Below the pieces are notes generated by a model. It saw only the letters and a list, made by a program, of their open reading frames with translations. It did not search any database and was not told the DNA's origin. Shown one piece after another: positions 11,107 through 18,637 of a stretch of 64,000 bases of DNA. The position numbers and the translations under genes were made by a program. Source of the DNA: Candidatus Omnitrophota bacterium (lineage in GTDB: Bacteria > Omnitrophota > Gorgyraeia > Zapsychrales > Zapsychraceae); the NCBI GenBank assembly GCA_016214285.1, contig JACROV010000079.1, forward strand, positions 6,855-70,854, read 5' to 3'. How positions within the stretch are numbered: position 1 is the stretch's first letter; each line of letters begins with the position of its first letter.

Positions 11107-11720
11107 AAGGAAGATTTATCACGTTTGAAGGTTCCGAAGGCTCGGGGAAAAGCACCCAGATCGAGCTGGTTTGCCGCTATTTGAAAAGAAAAAGACGGAA
11201 AGTCCTGTTCCTGCGGGAGCCGGGCGCGACCAGGATCAGCGAGCAGATCCGCCGCATCCTTTTGGACGTCGGCAGCGCGGGCATGAGCGACGAATGCGAG
11301 ACGCTTTTGTACATGGCGGCGCGGGCGCAACTGGTACGCGAGAAGATCATCCCGGCGTTGCGTAAAGGGAGGGTCGTTCTTTGCGACCGTTTTCTGGATT
11401 CCACACTCGCTTATCAAGGGTACGGCAATGGCGTGGATATCGCTTGGATCAAACAGCTTGGCCGGTTCGCGACCGGCGGCGTCACTCCGGATCTGACGCT
11501 TTTTTTTGACATCGACGCGAAGAAAGGCTTGGGGCGGATCGTCCGTCCCAAAGACCGCATCGAGCGCCGCAGTGTTCTGTATCATAACCGTGTGCGCGCG
11601 GGATATCGGGCTCTGGCCCGGCAGGAACCGAAGCGGATCAAGTTGATCAAAGTCAACGGCGGTAAGGCAGAGATCCATTTGGTCGTGCGCGATCACATCG
11701 ATGGTTTATTGGGTTTATAG
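11103..11720 (+). CDS. tmk: Thymidylate kinase (start ATG 11103)
   Basis: FITFEGSEGSGKST, REPG, DRF..STLAYQG. ATGA overlap with cysS. Confidence 0.95.
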   Translation: MKGRFITFEGSEGSGKSTQIELVCRYLKRKRRKVLFLREPGATRISEQIRRILLDVGSAGMSDECETLLYMAARAQLVREKIIPALRKGRVVLCDRFLDSTLAYQGYGNGVDIAWIKQLGRFATGGVTPDLTLFFDIDAKKGLGRIVRPKDRIERRSVLYHNRVRAGYRALARQEPKRIKLIKVNGGKAEIHLVVRDHIDGLLGL

Positions 11721-11745
11721 TTTGATTTCGGCTGAACCTTTCACC

Positions 11746-12060
11746 GGAACGCTTGTCCCGCCCTCCCGCAGGGAGCCTACTCGGCCACCGAGGCGGGACT
11801 ACGCTCGACAAAAGCCCCTCGCTCGCCAAGGTGGTTGAGCGAAGGGCTCCATGGCCGCTCGTGGCTTTTAACGTCCGGCTCAAGGTTCATCCTCAATCCT
11901 TTTGTCAAGAAGTTGAGTAATGATAAGTTGCCCGAATTAAAGGTCACCGGTCAATATCCAATCCGAAGTGAACTTTGATGTGAACGAAGGATTGGATATT
12001 GACAACGACGGCGAATCATGTCGTAAGGGTTTAATCGCCGGAATGTTTATCTGTCTAACT
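11746..12060. repeat. ~300-nt structured intergenic element, copy A
   Basis: Colinear with 36063-36340, with compensatory stem changes. Its 3' module also occurs inverted at 21304-21428. Confidence 0.75.
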
Positions 12061-12070
12061 TGGGTTAATC

Positions 12071-13051
12071 ATGATTACAAGTGCAATTGAAATTAATCAG
12101 TCGGTTTTAAAACGTTTCGCCGCCCTTGAGAAGAAGGGGTTTTTGGCGCACGCGTATCTTTTCACGGGCCCGGCGCATATCGGCAAGGCCGCCACCGCGT
12201 TTGCCGTTGCCAAGTTCTTGAACTGTGAGAACAAAAAAGAGGGCGGTGAGGGGTGTTCTTGCGACCGCTGCCCGTCGTGCCTGAGGATCAATTCGGGCAA
12301 CCACCCGGATATCCATGTCCTTAAAGTGGCGCCCGGCGAGTCGATCAAGATTGACGCGGTCCGTGAACTATTGGCCCGGATCAGGCTGCGGCCTTTTATG
12401 GCGGCAAAAAAGATCTTTATCGTTCATAACATTGAAGACCTCACCACCGAAGGGGCCAACGCTTTGTTGAAGACCCTGGAAGAGCCGTCGGTCAACAGTC
12501 TGCTCATTCTGACAACGGCGGTCCCTGAACGGGTTTTGGAAACGGTCAAATCCCGTTGTCACGTTATGCCATTTGTCCCGGTCTCCCAAGCAGCGCTTGC
12601 GGCCCGGCTGGTTCAGTACTATGATGAGGACAAAGACCAGGCTCACTTTCTGGCCTATTTTGCCGAAGGGTGCCTGGGCAAGGCGCGCCGGCTTAAAGAA
12701 GACGGTCTGTGCGCGGCCAAGGATGAGATCATTGACCGGTATATTTTGGGGCGCGAACGTGAGGCGCTCGTCAAAACAATTGGAGCCGACAAGGCGAAAA
12801 CAAGAGAATTTTTGGATGTCCTCTTAAGCTGGGTCAGGGACTGCCTGCTGATCCAGTCGGGAGTAGAGGATGCCCGGCTGGTGCATGCCGGACGGATCCG
12901 GGAACTACAGAACTTTCAACGGCGGTTTTCTTTCGAAGAGCTGGCCGGCATTCACCGTGAAACGATCAACGCGTGCCGGTTACTCGTCGAAAATCTTAAC
13001 GTGAAAATACCGCTGTCGATCCTGGGAGAAATGCTATACCGCGTTCCATAA
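12071..13051 (+). CDS. holB: DNA polymerase III delta' subunit
   Basis: HAYLFTGP..IGK, Cys cluster, HPD, NALLKTLEEP, TVKSRC. Conserved tmk-holB-PSP1 order. Confidence 0.93.
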   Translation: MITSAIEINQSVLKRFAALEKKGFLAHAYLFTGPAHIGKAATAFAVAKFLNCENKKEGGEGCSCDRCPSCLRINSGNHPDIHVLKVAPGESIKIDAVRELLARIRLRPFMAAKKIFIVHNIEDLTTEGANALLKTLEEPSVNSLLILTTAVPERVLETVKSRCHVMPFVPVSQAALAARLVQYYDEDKDQAHFLAYFAEGCLGKARRLKEDGLCAAKDEIIDRYILGREREALVKTIGADKAKTREFLDVLLSWVRDCLLIQSGVEDARLVHAGRIRELQNFQRRFSFEELAGIHRETINACRLLVENLNVKIPLSILGEMLYRVP

Positions 13052-13114
13052 ATTTCTAATCAGGGGAACGCGGTATTATCCCGAGACCCTTGATGTTCAA
13101 GATCGAGGAGGCGA

Positions 13115-13924
13115 GTGGATATGGGCCAAATAATACAAGTCCAGTTGGGCGAATACCGCGACGCGGATTATTATGACCTTAATGGTGTTGCCTGTGACCG
13201 CGGGGATTATGTGATCGTGGAAGTCGACCGCGGATCGGAGTTCGGCCTGGTCGTCTCCCAGGTGAGCGCCGTGTGTCCCCCGAAAACGGAAAGCAAGTCC
13301 CAGGGGCGTATCTTGCGCAAGGCGACTGAAGGCGATTTGAAGCAAATTGCCAACAACCGCACGAAGGTGCAGGACGCCATCGATAACTGCGTGAGCAAGA
13401 TCAGCGACCGCAAACTTCATATGAATATCGTCAAGGCCGAGTATACTTTTGATGCCAGCAAGATCATCTTTTTCTTTCTGGCCGACGGGCGCGTTGATTT
13501 TCGCAATCTGGTCAAAGACCTGGCGAAGGTGTTCCGCGTGCGCATCGAGCTTAAGCAGATCGGCGTGCGCGACAAGGCCAAGATCGTCGGCGGTTACGGG
13601 ATTTGCGGCCGCGAGCTGTGCTGTTCGTCTTATATGAATGGTTTCCATACGCTTTCCATCAAGATGGCCAAAGAGCAGGGGCTGCCTTTGAACCCGTCGC
13701 GTATCTCGGGGGTGTGCGGCCGCATCAAGTGCTGCATGGCTTACGAATTTCAGGTGTATAAAGAATTTTCCAAAGGCCTGCCGTCGGTCGGCGAGAAGAT
13801 CACCACCGAAGAAGGCAAGGGCAAAGTGGTCGACGTCAACATCCTCAAGCGCCTGGTCACCGTCGATGTCGGCGAAGGCAAGGTCATCAAAACTGCTTTC
13901 CCGAAAGAAGTTGGGGCCGGTTGA
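13115..13924 (+). CDS. ricT: PSP1/RicT (YaaT) family protein
   Basis: RVDFRNLVKDLA..RIELKQIGVRD, CGRELCC, SGVCGRIKCC. Confidence 0.92.
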   Translation: MDMGQIIQVQLGEYRDADYYDLNGVACDRGDYVIVEVDRGSEFGLVVSQVSAVCPPKTESKSQGRILRKATEGDLKQIANNRTKVQDAIDNCVSKISDRKLHMNIVKAEYTFDASKIIFFFLADGRVDFRNLVKDLAKVFRVRIELKQIGVRDKAKIVGGYGICGRELCCSSYMNGFHTLSIKMAKEQGLPLNPSRISGVCGRIKCCMAYEFQVYKEFSKGLPSVGEKITTEEGKGKVVDVNILKRLVTVDVGEGKVIKTAFPKEVGAG

Positions 13925-13949
13925 ATTGGTTCTTAAACGACTTTTATAA

Positions 13950-13980
13950 AAAGCCACAGGGCCCGCTCCGTGGCTTTCTC
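13950..13980 (+). terminator. Probable intrinsic terminator after ricT
   Basis: AAAGCCAC...GTGGCTTT hairpin followed by a pyrimidine tract. Confidence 0.55.
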
Positions 13981-14065
13981 TTATTCGCCGCAGAGGCGGC
14001 GAATAACTCCAGCGTTTGATTCATTCCGAAATATCAATATTCCCGGGATGAATCAGCTGGAGTGA
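13981..14065. repeat. ~85-bp two-hairpin element (MITE/REP-like), copy 1
   Basis: TTATTCGCCGC..GCGGCGAATAA plus CCAGC..TGATTCAT..ATGAATCAGCTGG. Second copy at 28707-28793. Confidence 0.8.
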
Positions 14066-14072
14066 CCACCCT

Positions 14073-14099
14073 TGTTACACTTGTAACAAATTTGCTACA
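14073..14099. promoter_or_regulatory. TGTTACA-CT-TGTAACA operator-like palindrome (orphan copy)
   Basis: Same motif, with a third half-site, as at 16841-16867. Confidence 0.55.
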
Positions 14100-14113
14100 T
14101 GTAAGGAAGGTTA

Positions 14114-14281
14114 ATGGAAATTCTGAAGTGGTTTAAGATGTTTTTCCGTGAAAATAATAGGCGTCGATTATTGCGGCAGCAGTTAGAGAAAGAATCCAAG
14201 GTAACTCGGGCAGCCTCGCTGGAAGTACTCCACGAGATGGAAGAACTGGATGACGATTTGAACTGCGAATTCGGTCATTAA
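14114..14281 (+). pseudogene. 55-aa ORF, probable antitoxin C-terminal remnant
   Basis: Hand-translated MEILKWFKMFFRENNRRRLLRQQLEKESKVTRAASLEVLHEMEELDDDLNCEFGH*. RBS aaggaagg. The helical acidic tail resembles antitoxins found upstream of PemK/MazF toxins, but no toxin follows. Confidence 0.4.
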
Positions 14282-14480
14282 TGACCGAATTTGAATTGCC
14301 CGGGCGACAGGTGAATTCAGTCGGTGCCGACTGAATTTGGACTGCCCAAGCGACAGGCAAATTCAACCGACATCGGCTGAATTCGAATTGCCCGAGACGT
14401 GAGATGAATTCCGCAGACGTCTGCGGAATTGCCCGCGGCAGGGACGCGGGGAAAAGCGGCGGAGGGAAAAGGTGTGCGTC
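14268..14480. repeat. Variable-core palindrome array 1 (four AATTC-N14-GAATT units, 46-47 bp period, plus conserved tail)
   Basis: Units at 14268, 14314, 14360, 14407. Linker TGAATTGCCCGGGCGACAGGTG-like. Tail GCCCGCGGCAGGG. Confidence 0.9.
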
Positions 14481-14559
14481 GCCGGAGAAACTGGCGCGCG
14501 GCCCGGCGGGATTTGGAAGAATTGGCAGGGAAAAGCATTTTCCGGGAAAGGAGAAACTT

Positions 14560-14760
14560 GTGGGCAAATATAAATTAAACAAAAAAATTGTAGTCATATC
14601 GTCTTTGGACGAAACCGATGAAAAGGATTATTGGAAGTCACGGACACCAACAGATAGATTGAAGGCCATTGAAATAAACAGGAGGATTGTATATGGATAT
14701 GCCCATACTTCCCCAAGATTTCAGAGTTTTTTTGAAGTTGCTCAACTCCAAAAGAATTGA
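14560..14760 (+). CDS. Small protein partnered with a nucleotidyltransferase (putative TA partner), start GTG 14560
   Basis: RBS aaggag upstream. YWKSRTPTDRLKAIE motif typical of small genes preceding DUF6036-like NTases. Overlaps the next gene. Confidence 0.65.
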   Translation: MGKYKLNKKIVVISSLDETDEKDYWKSRTPTDRLKAIEINRRIVYGYAHTSPRFQSFFEVAQLQKN

Positions 14761-15142
14761 GTATCTGCTCATCGGCGGTTATGCCGTCGGCTATTACGGT
14801 TATCCACGCGCAACAGCTGATATGGATATATGGATCGCTATCAGCAAAGAGAACGCGAAGAAGATGACAGAAGCAATTAAGGATTTCGGCATGAAGGCTC
14901 CCGCTTTAAACGAGGGTATTTTTCTTGAGCCCGGGAAAATAATCAGGATGGGATATCCGCCGATAAGAATAGAAGTGCTGACAGAAATATCAGGAGTAAA
15001 TTTTAAACAATGCTATGCCCGGCGCGAAGAAATAAAAATTGATGGAATAAAAGTAAAAATGATATCATTGGGGGATCTTTTGAAAAATAAAAAGGCGAGT
15101 GGCCGGCATAAAGATCTAAATGATCTGGAAAATTTAAGATAA
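14693..15142 (+). CDS. Nucleotidyltransferase (DUF6036-like)
   Basis: LIGGYAV..G.PRAT.DMDIW and KKASGRHKD..D. RBS aggagg. Confidence 0.8.
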   Translation: MDMPILPQDFRVFLKLLNSKRIEYLLIGGYAVGYYGYPRATADMDIWIAISKENAKKMTEAIKDFGMKAPALNEGIFLEPGKIIRMGYPPIRIEVLTEISGVNFKQCYARREEIKIDGIKVKMISLGDLLKNKKASGRHKDLNDLENLR

Positions 15143-15226
15143 CAAGCGGGTTGAGCGCTCAATTCAGACCAGGACGCTTCCGGAGTGTCCTGCGGCATTA
15201 ACAAGTGACGAAACTAAATGAGAAAT

Positions 15227-15298
15227 ATGTCTTCGAAATTTTACGTGACAACCCCGATTTACTACGTCAACGATAACCCGCGCATCGGGCACGCGTAA
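15227..15298 (+). pseudogene. metG: Truncated duplicate of the metG 5' end
   Basis: [23 protein letters not shown] versus [24 protein letters not shown] at 18634. Confidence 0.9.
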
Positions 15299-15371
15299 TG
15301 ATACCTGCCATCATCCTGTTTCTGCAAAAGAATGTTTGAGTTTTTTAAAGTGATAGTTTATAATTCTCAAT

Positions 15372-16605
15372 ATGCGATTCGTTCATCGTCTCATCGAAAA
15401 TGAACTTTTAAAGGCCGCCCGCAATTTCCCGGCGATTCTCTTTGACCGGCCCGCGCCGGGCCGGGAAAACAACGCTTTTAAAAAAGTTGTTCCCCAAGGC
15501 CTCGTATTATCTCCTGGAAGACCCCGACATTGTTGCCCGCGTCCGGACTGATCCGCGTTCTTTTCTTGAAGAGATCAGGCTGCCGGTCATTCTCGATGAA
15601 ATCCAGAACGTCCCCGAACTGTTCAATTACGTGCGCGCGCGGATTGATAACGCTCCACAGAAGTTCGGACAGTGGTTTCTGACCGGGTCCCAGGAAGCCG
15701 GGCTCATGAAGGGGGTGACGGAGTCCATGGCTGGCCGCGTGGCCGTGTTTGAGCTTTTGCCGTTTTCGATAGGTGAGACATCCGGAGTTTCCATTTTTCG
15801 CGGAGGATTCCCGGAGGTTCTGGCCAGACCCCGGGCGGGCGATATCTGGTTCCGGTCGTACCTTCAGACGTATCTGGAAAGAGACGTGCGCGCGGTCAGC
15901 TCGATCAAGAGCGTGACGACATTCCGGCGTTTTTTGTCTCTGTTGGCCAGCCAGTGCGGGCAGATCCTGAACAAGACCGATCTCGCGGCCCCTTTGGGGG
16001 TGAGCGTGCCCACGTTGAGCGAATGGATCCATATCCTTGAGACCACGGGTCAGATCATCCTCGTGCCGCCTTTTTATGAAAATTTCGGCAAACGGATCAT
16101 CAAATCCCCAAAACTCTATTTTGTGGACTCCGGGTTGGCGTGTCATCTTTTGAATATCTCTTCCGAGAAAATGCTTTTTTCTTCGCCGTTTCTGGGAGCT
16201 GTCTTTGAAGGGTTCATCGCCGCGGAAATCATCAAATTCCAGATAAATACCGGCAAGAGAAAAGAGCTGTATTATTTTCGGGACCAGCAGGGCCTGGAAG
16301 TTGATTTTTTGATTCCGCAGGGGGACCGCCGGCTCATCCTTCTGGAGGCGGAGGCAACCAGGACGCTTCGGCCGCAGATGGCGGAACCCCTCAAACGGCT
16401 GGCGCACAATATCGCGCGTTACGAGGTTGAGCAGTGGGTTGTCTGTCCTGATTCCCAAAAAGGAGAACCCCTGCGCGCCTTAAGCCCGGGCACAAAGGCC
16501 CTTTCCGTGAAGGGGCTGTTGAGTGCTTTGAAGGGGCAGCTTTCCGGAACACCCGGTGCTGTCAAGGGCCGGACGGCGAATTCCACCGGCGCCGGTGGAA
16601 TTTGA
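15372..16605 (+). pseudogene. AAA_14 ATPase/DUF4143 protein with a probable 1-nt frameshift near 15441
   Basis: ATG 15372 gives MRFVHRLIENELLKAARNFPAIL, then one extra T before LTGPRRAGKTT. LDEIQ, LTGS, GGFPE, KLYFVDSG and EVDF are present. The expected ExK nuclease motif reads EAE. Confidence 0.75.
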
Positions 16606-16714
16606 ATTGCCCGGGCGACAGACGAATTGAGTCGGTGCCGACTGAATTGTAGTGTAAATTTGAATTCGTCCCGACGTATCGTCGGGACGAATTGCCCGCG
16701 GCAGGGGGGGGGGG
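16544..16714. repeat. Variable-core palindrome array 2
   Basis: Units at 16579, 16625 and 16663 (21-nt core). Same linker and tail as array 1. Degenerate AACACCCGGTG head. Confidence 0.88.
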
Positions 16715-16821
16715 ATCCGACCAGAGGACACTTTGGGAGTGTCCGGCGGCGGGTGTTAAGTTGTGGTTGCCCCGGAGTTTGGTACGTCCCCGGAATCCCC
16801 TCGTTTTTAGCAGAAAATGAA

Positions 16822-16867
16822 TTGACATATGGCTGTGCCATGTTACACTTGTAACAGAATTGTTACA
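16822..16867 (+). promoter_or_regulatory. Sigma70 promoter overlapped by a TGTTACA operator array upstream of the HTH-MNT gene
   Basis: TTGACA (16822), extended -10 TGtTACACT, TGTTACA-CT-TGTAACA-N4-TGTTACA. Confidence 0.65.
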
Positions 16868-16947
16868 AAGGCCGCCCTTTAATATTTCAAAGGCGAGCCT
16901 CGCCATTTCACCAAGAAAGGAAATGGCGAAAATAGCGGGAGCTTCTT

Positions 16948-17556
16948 ATGCGTTTTCATGAATCTTTTCTGAGTGTTTTAAGATCGGACTTGAAGCTGAA
17001 GATCGTCAGATTTCTGCTCGATCATCAGGCCTCCATGAGCGAGCGCGAGATCGCCGCCGTCTTGAAGATCTCCCACATGAGCGTCAACCGCACCATGCAG
17101 GAACTGGCCCAGGCGAACCTTGTCCATTACCTGACCGTGGGCAAGGCGCATCTTTGGCAAGTGAACCGCCGCAGTTTTGCTTACAAGGCCTTGCGCCGAT
17201 TGTTCATTAGTTTGGAAAAGTCCCCGGATCCCCTGGAAGAATTAAAACAGGTCCTTTTAAAGCACTTGCCGCGAGGGTTGGTCAAGAGGATCGTCTTGTT
17301 CGGTTCAGTGGCGAAGGCTTCGGAGGGACCCCAGAGCGATATTGACGTCTTTATACTGGTCAATGATGCCCAAGGTCAACAGAGGCTTGAGGCGGCTATT
17401 GAAAAACTTTCTAATGAATGCCTGGAGGTTTTTGGGAACAGGCTGTCCCCGTATATTCTCACCGAAGGGCAATATAAACAAAGGCGGGATTCAGGTATTA
17501 TTGCCCAGGTCGAACAGGGGATTCAGATCTATCCCAACGGCAAGGCCGTGTCATGA
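16948..17556 (+). CDS. HTH + minimal nucleotidyltransferase (MNT) antitoxin
   Basis: N-terminal wHTH (SEREIA..LKISHMSV) and LFGSVAK....SDIDV. Confidence 0.85.
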   Translation: MRFHESFLSVLRSDLKLKIVRFLLDHQASMSEREIAAVLKISHMSVNRTMQELAQANLVHYLTVGKAHLWQVNRRSFAYKALRRLFISLEKSPDPLEELKQVLLKHLPRGLVKRIVLFGSVAKASEGPQSDIDVFILVNDAQGQQRLEAAIEKLSNECLEVFGNRLSPYILTEGQYKQRRDSGIIAQVEQGIQIYPNGKAVS

Positions 17557-17963
17557 CGTCTAAATTCAAAACAAGGGATGTGGGTAAGGCCCATTACGCC
17601 AATTTTTTGAAAAAGGCGGAAGAGTGTTTTCACGCGGCGCGGAATTCCTTCGCGGCTCAGGAATGGAACGCCGCGGCCATCAACGCCATTCATTGCGCTA
17701 TTGCCGCCTGCGACGCGATGTGCGTTTATTTTTTGGGCAAGCGCCACTCGGGTGAAGACCATAATGACGCGGCAGGGTTGTTCAAGGCCATCCGCCACGA
17801 TGAAGAGATCAATACCAACGCGAACCGGATTTTGAGGATTTTACGCATGAAAAGTATGGCGGAATATGAAGAGCGGCTGGTCTATAAATCCGAGGCCGAG
17901 AAGGTCCTGAAGGACTGCGAACGGTTTTGGGAGTTTGTGCAGGAACAGCTGCCTAAAGGCTGA
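17553..17963 (+). CDS. HEPN domain protein (MNT-HEPN pair)
   Basis: Helical protein with KAEEC..AA, AIHCAIAACDA and K..AEY. ATGA overlap with the MNT gene. Confidence 0.8.
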   Translation: MTSKFKTRDVGKAHYANFLKKAEECFHAARNSFAAQEWNAAAINAIHCAIAACDAMCVYFLGKRHSGEDHNDAAGLFKAIRHDEEINTNANRILRILRMKSMAEYEERLVYKSEAEKVLKDCERFWEFVQEQLPKG

Positions 17964-17971
17964 TGCTTAAC

Positions 17972-18130
17972 CCCCGGCAACACCGGGTGTTGCCGGGGCC
18001 GGGCGGACAGCGAATTCAGTCGACGTCGACTGAATTTGAATTCGTCAGATATCTGACGAATTCGCCAGCTAGCTGGCGAATTGCCCGCGGCAGGGGTGCT
18101 GGAAAGCGGCAGAGGGGAAAGGTACACGTT
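17972..18130. repeat. Variable-core palindrome array 3 with GGCAACACCGGGTGTTGCC head
   Basis: Head palindrome at 17972-17998. Three perfect units at 18013, 18039 and 18059. Tail from 18083 matches array 1. Confidence 0.9.
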
Positions 18131-18169
18131 TACGGGGAATATCGGTACAGAAATACATTGGATATCCAG

Positions 18170-18637
18170 ATGAAGAAGCCAGTAATTCAGTTAGAGCGTA
18201 CAGGTTGTGGTATCGCGAGCGTGGCTGCGATCGTCGGTTTCTCTTACCTGAAAATGAAGTCGATCGCGAATTCTTTGGGTGTCTTTGCGCATGACGAGAC
18301 TTTGTGGTCGAACCCGTCTCACGTGCGGAAGTTGTTGAGGCGTTTCGGCGTGAGAGCTGGCTCACGTGAAATACCTTTCCGCTCTTGGGAGACGCTTCCT
18401 GATCTTGCACTGTTGTCGATCAAGTGGCATCTTGAGAAAGGCCGTCCTTATTGGCATTGGGTAGTGTTCGTTCGAGAAAATGGGCGATCCTATGTGCTGG
18501 ATTCAAAAAAGCGTCTGCGTAGCAACGTCAGAACGGACTTTGGGCGTATGAAGCCAAAATGGTATATCCCGGTCATTGATGTCCAGCAATGCGTTCAATG
18601 CGATCGCGCCGGCAATAATAGACAGATAGAATCATGA
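18170..18637 (+). CDS. Papain-fold (C39-like) cysteine peptidase-like protein, start ATG 18170
   Basis: Q....GCG.A, HWVV and VLDS give a Cys-His-Asp pattern. The upstream extension in the ORF track is only the repeat array. Confidence 0.65.
   Translation: MKKPVIQLERTGCGIASVAAIVGFSYLKMKSIANSLGVFAHDETLWSNPSHVRKLLRRFGVRAGSREIPFRSWETLPDLALLSIKWHLEKGRPYWHWVVFVRENGRSYVLDSKKRLRSNVRTDFGRMKPKWYIPVIDVQQCVQCDRAGNNRQIES

Noticed and set aside
14268-14430. Classical CRISPR array
   Set aside because: The variable parts are only 14 nt and self-complementary, the repeats are degenerate, and there are no cas genes. Reported instead as a distinct array type.
16704-16714. G11 tract as a phase-variation switch
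   Set aside because: It lies in the array tail more than 100 bp from the promoter and outside any CDS, and may be a homopolymer error.
17963-18169. N-terminal extensions of ORFs 17963-18637 and 14404-14760
   Set aside because: They are translations of the palindrome arrays. Better starts exist at 18170 and 14560.
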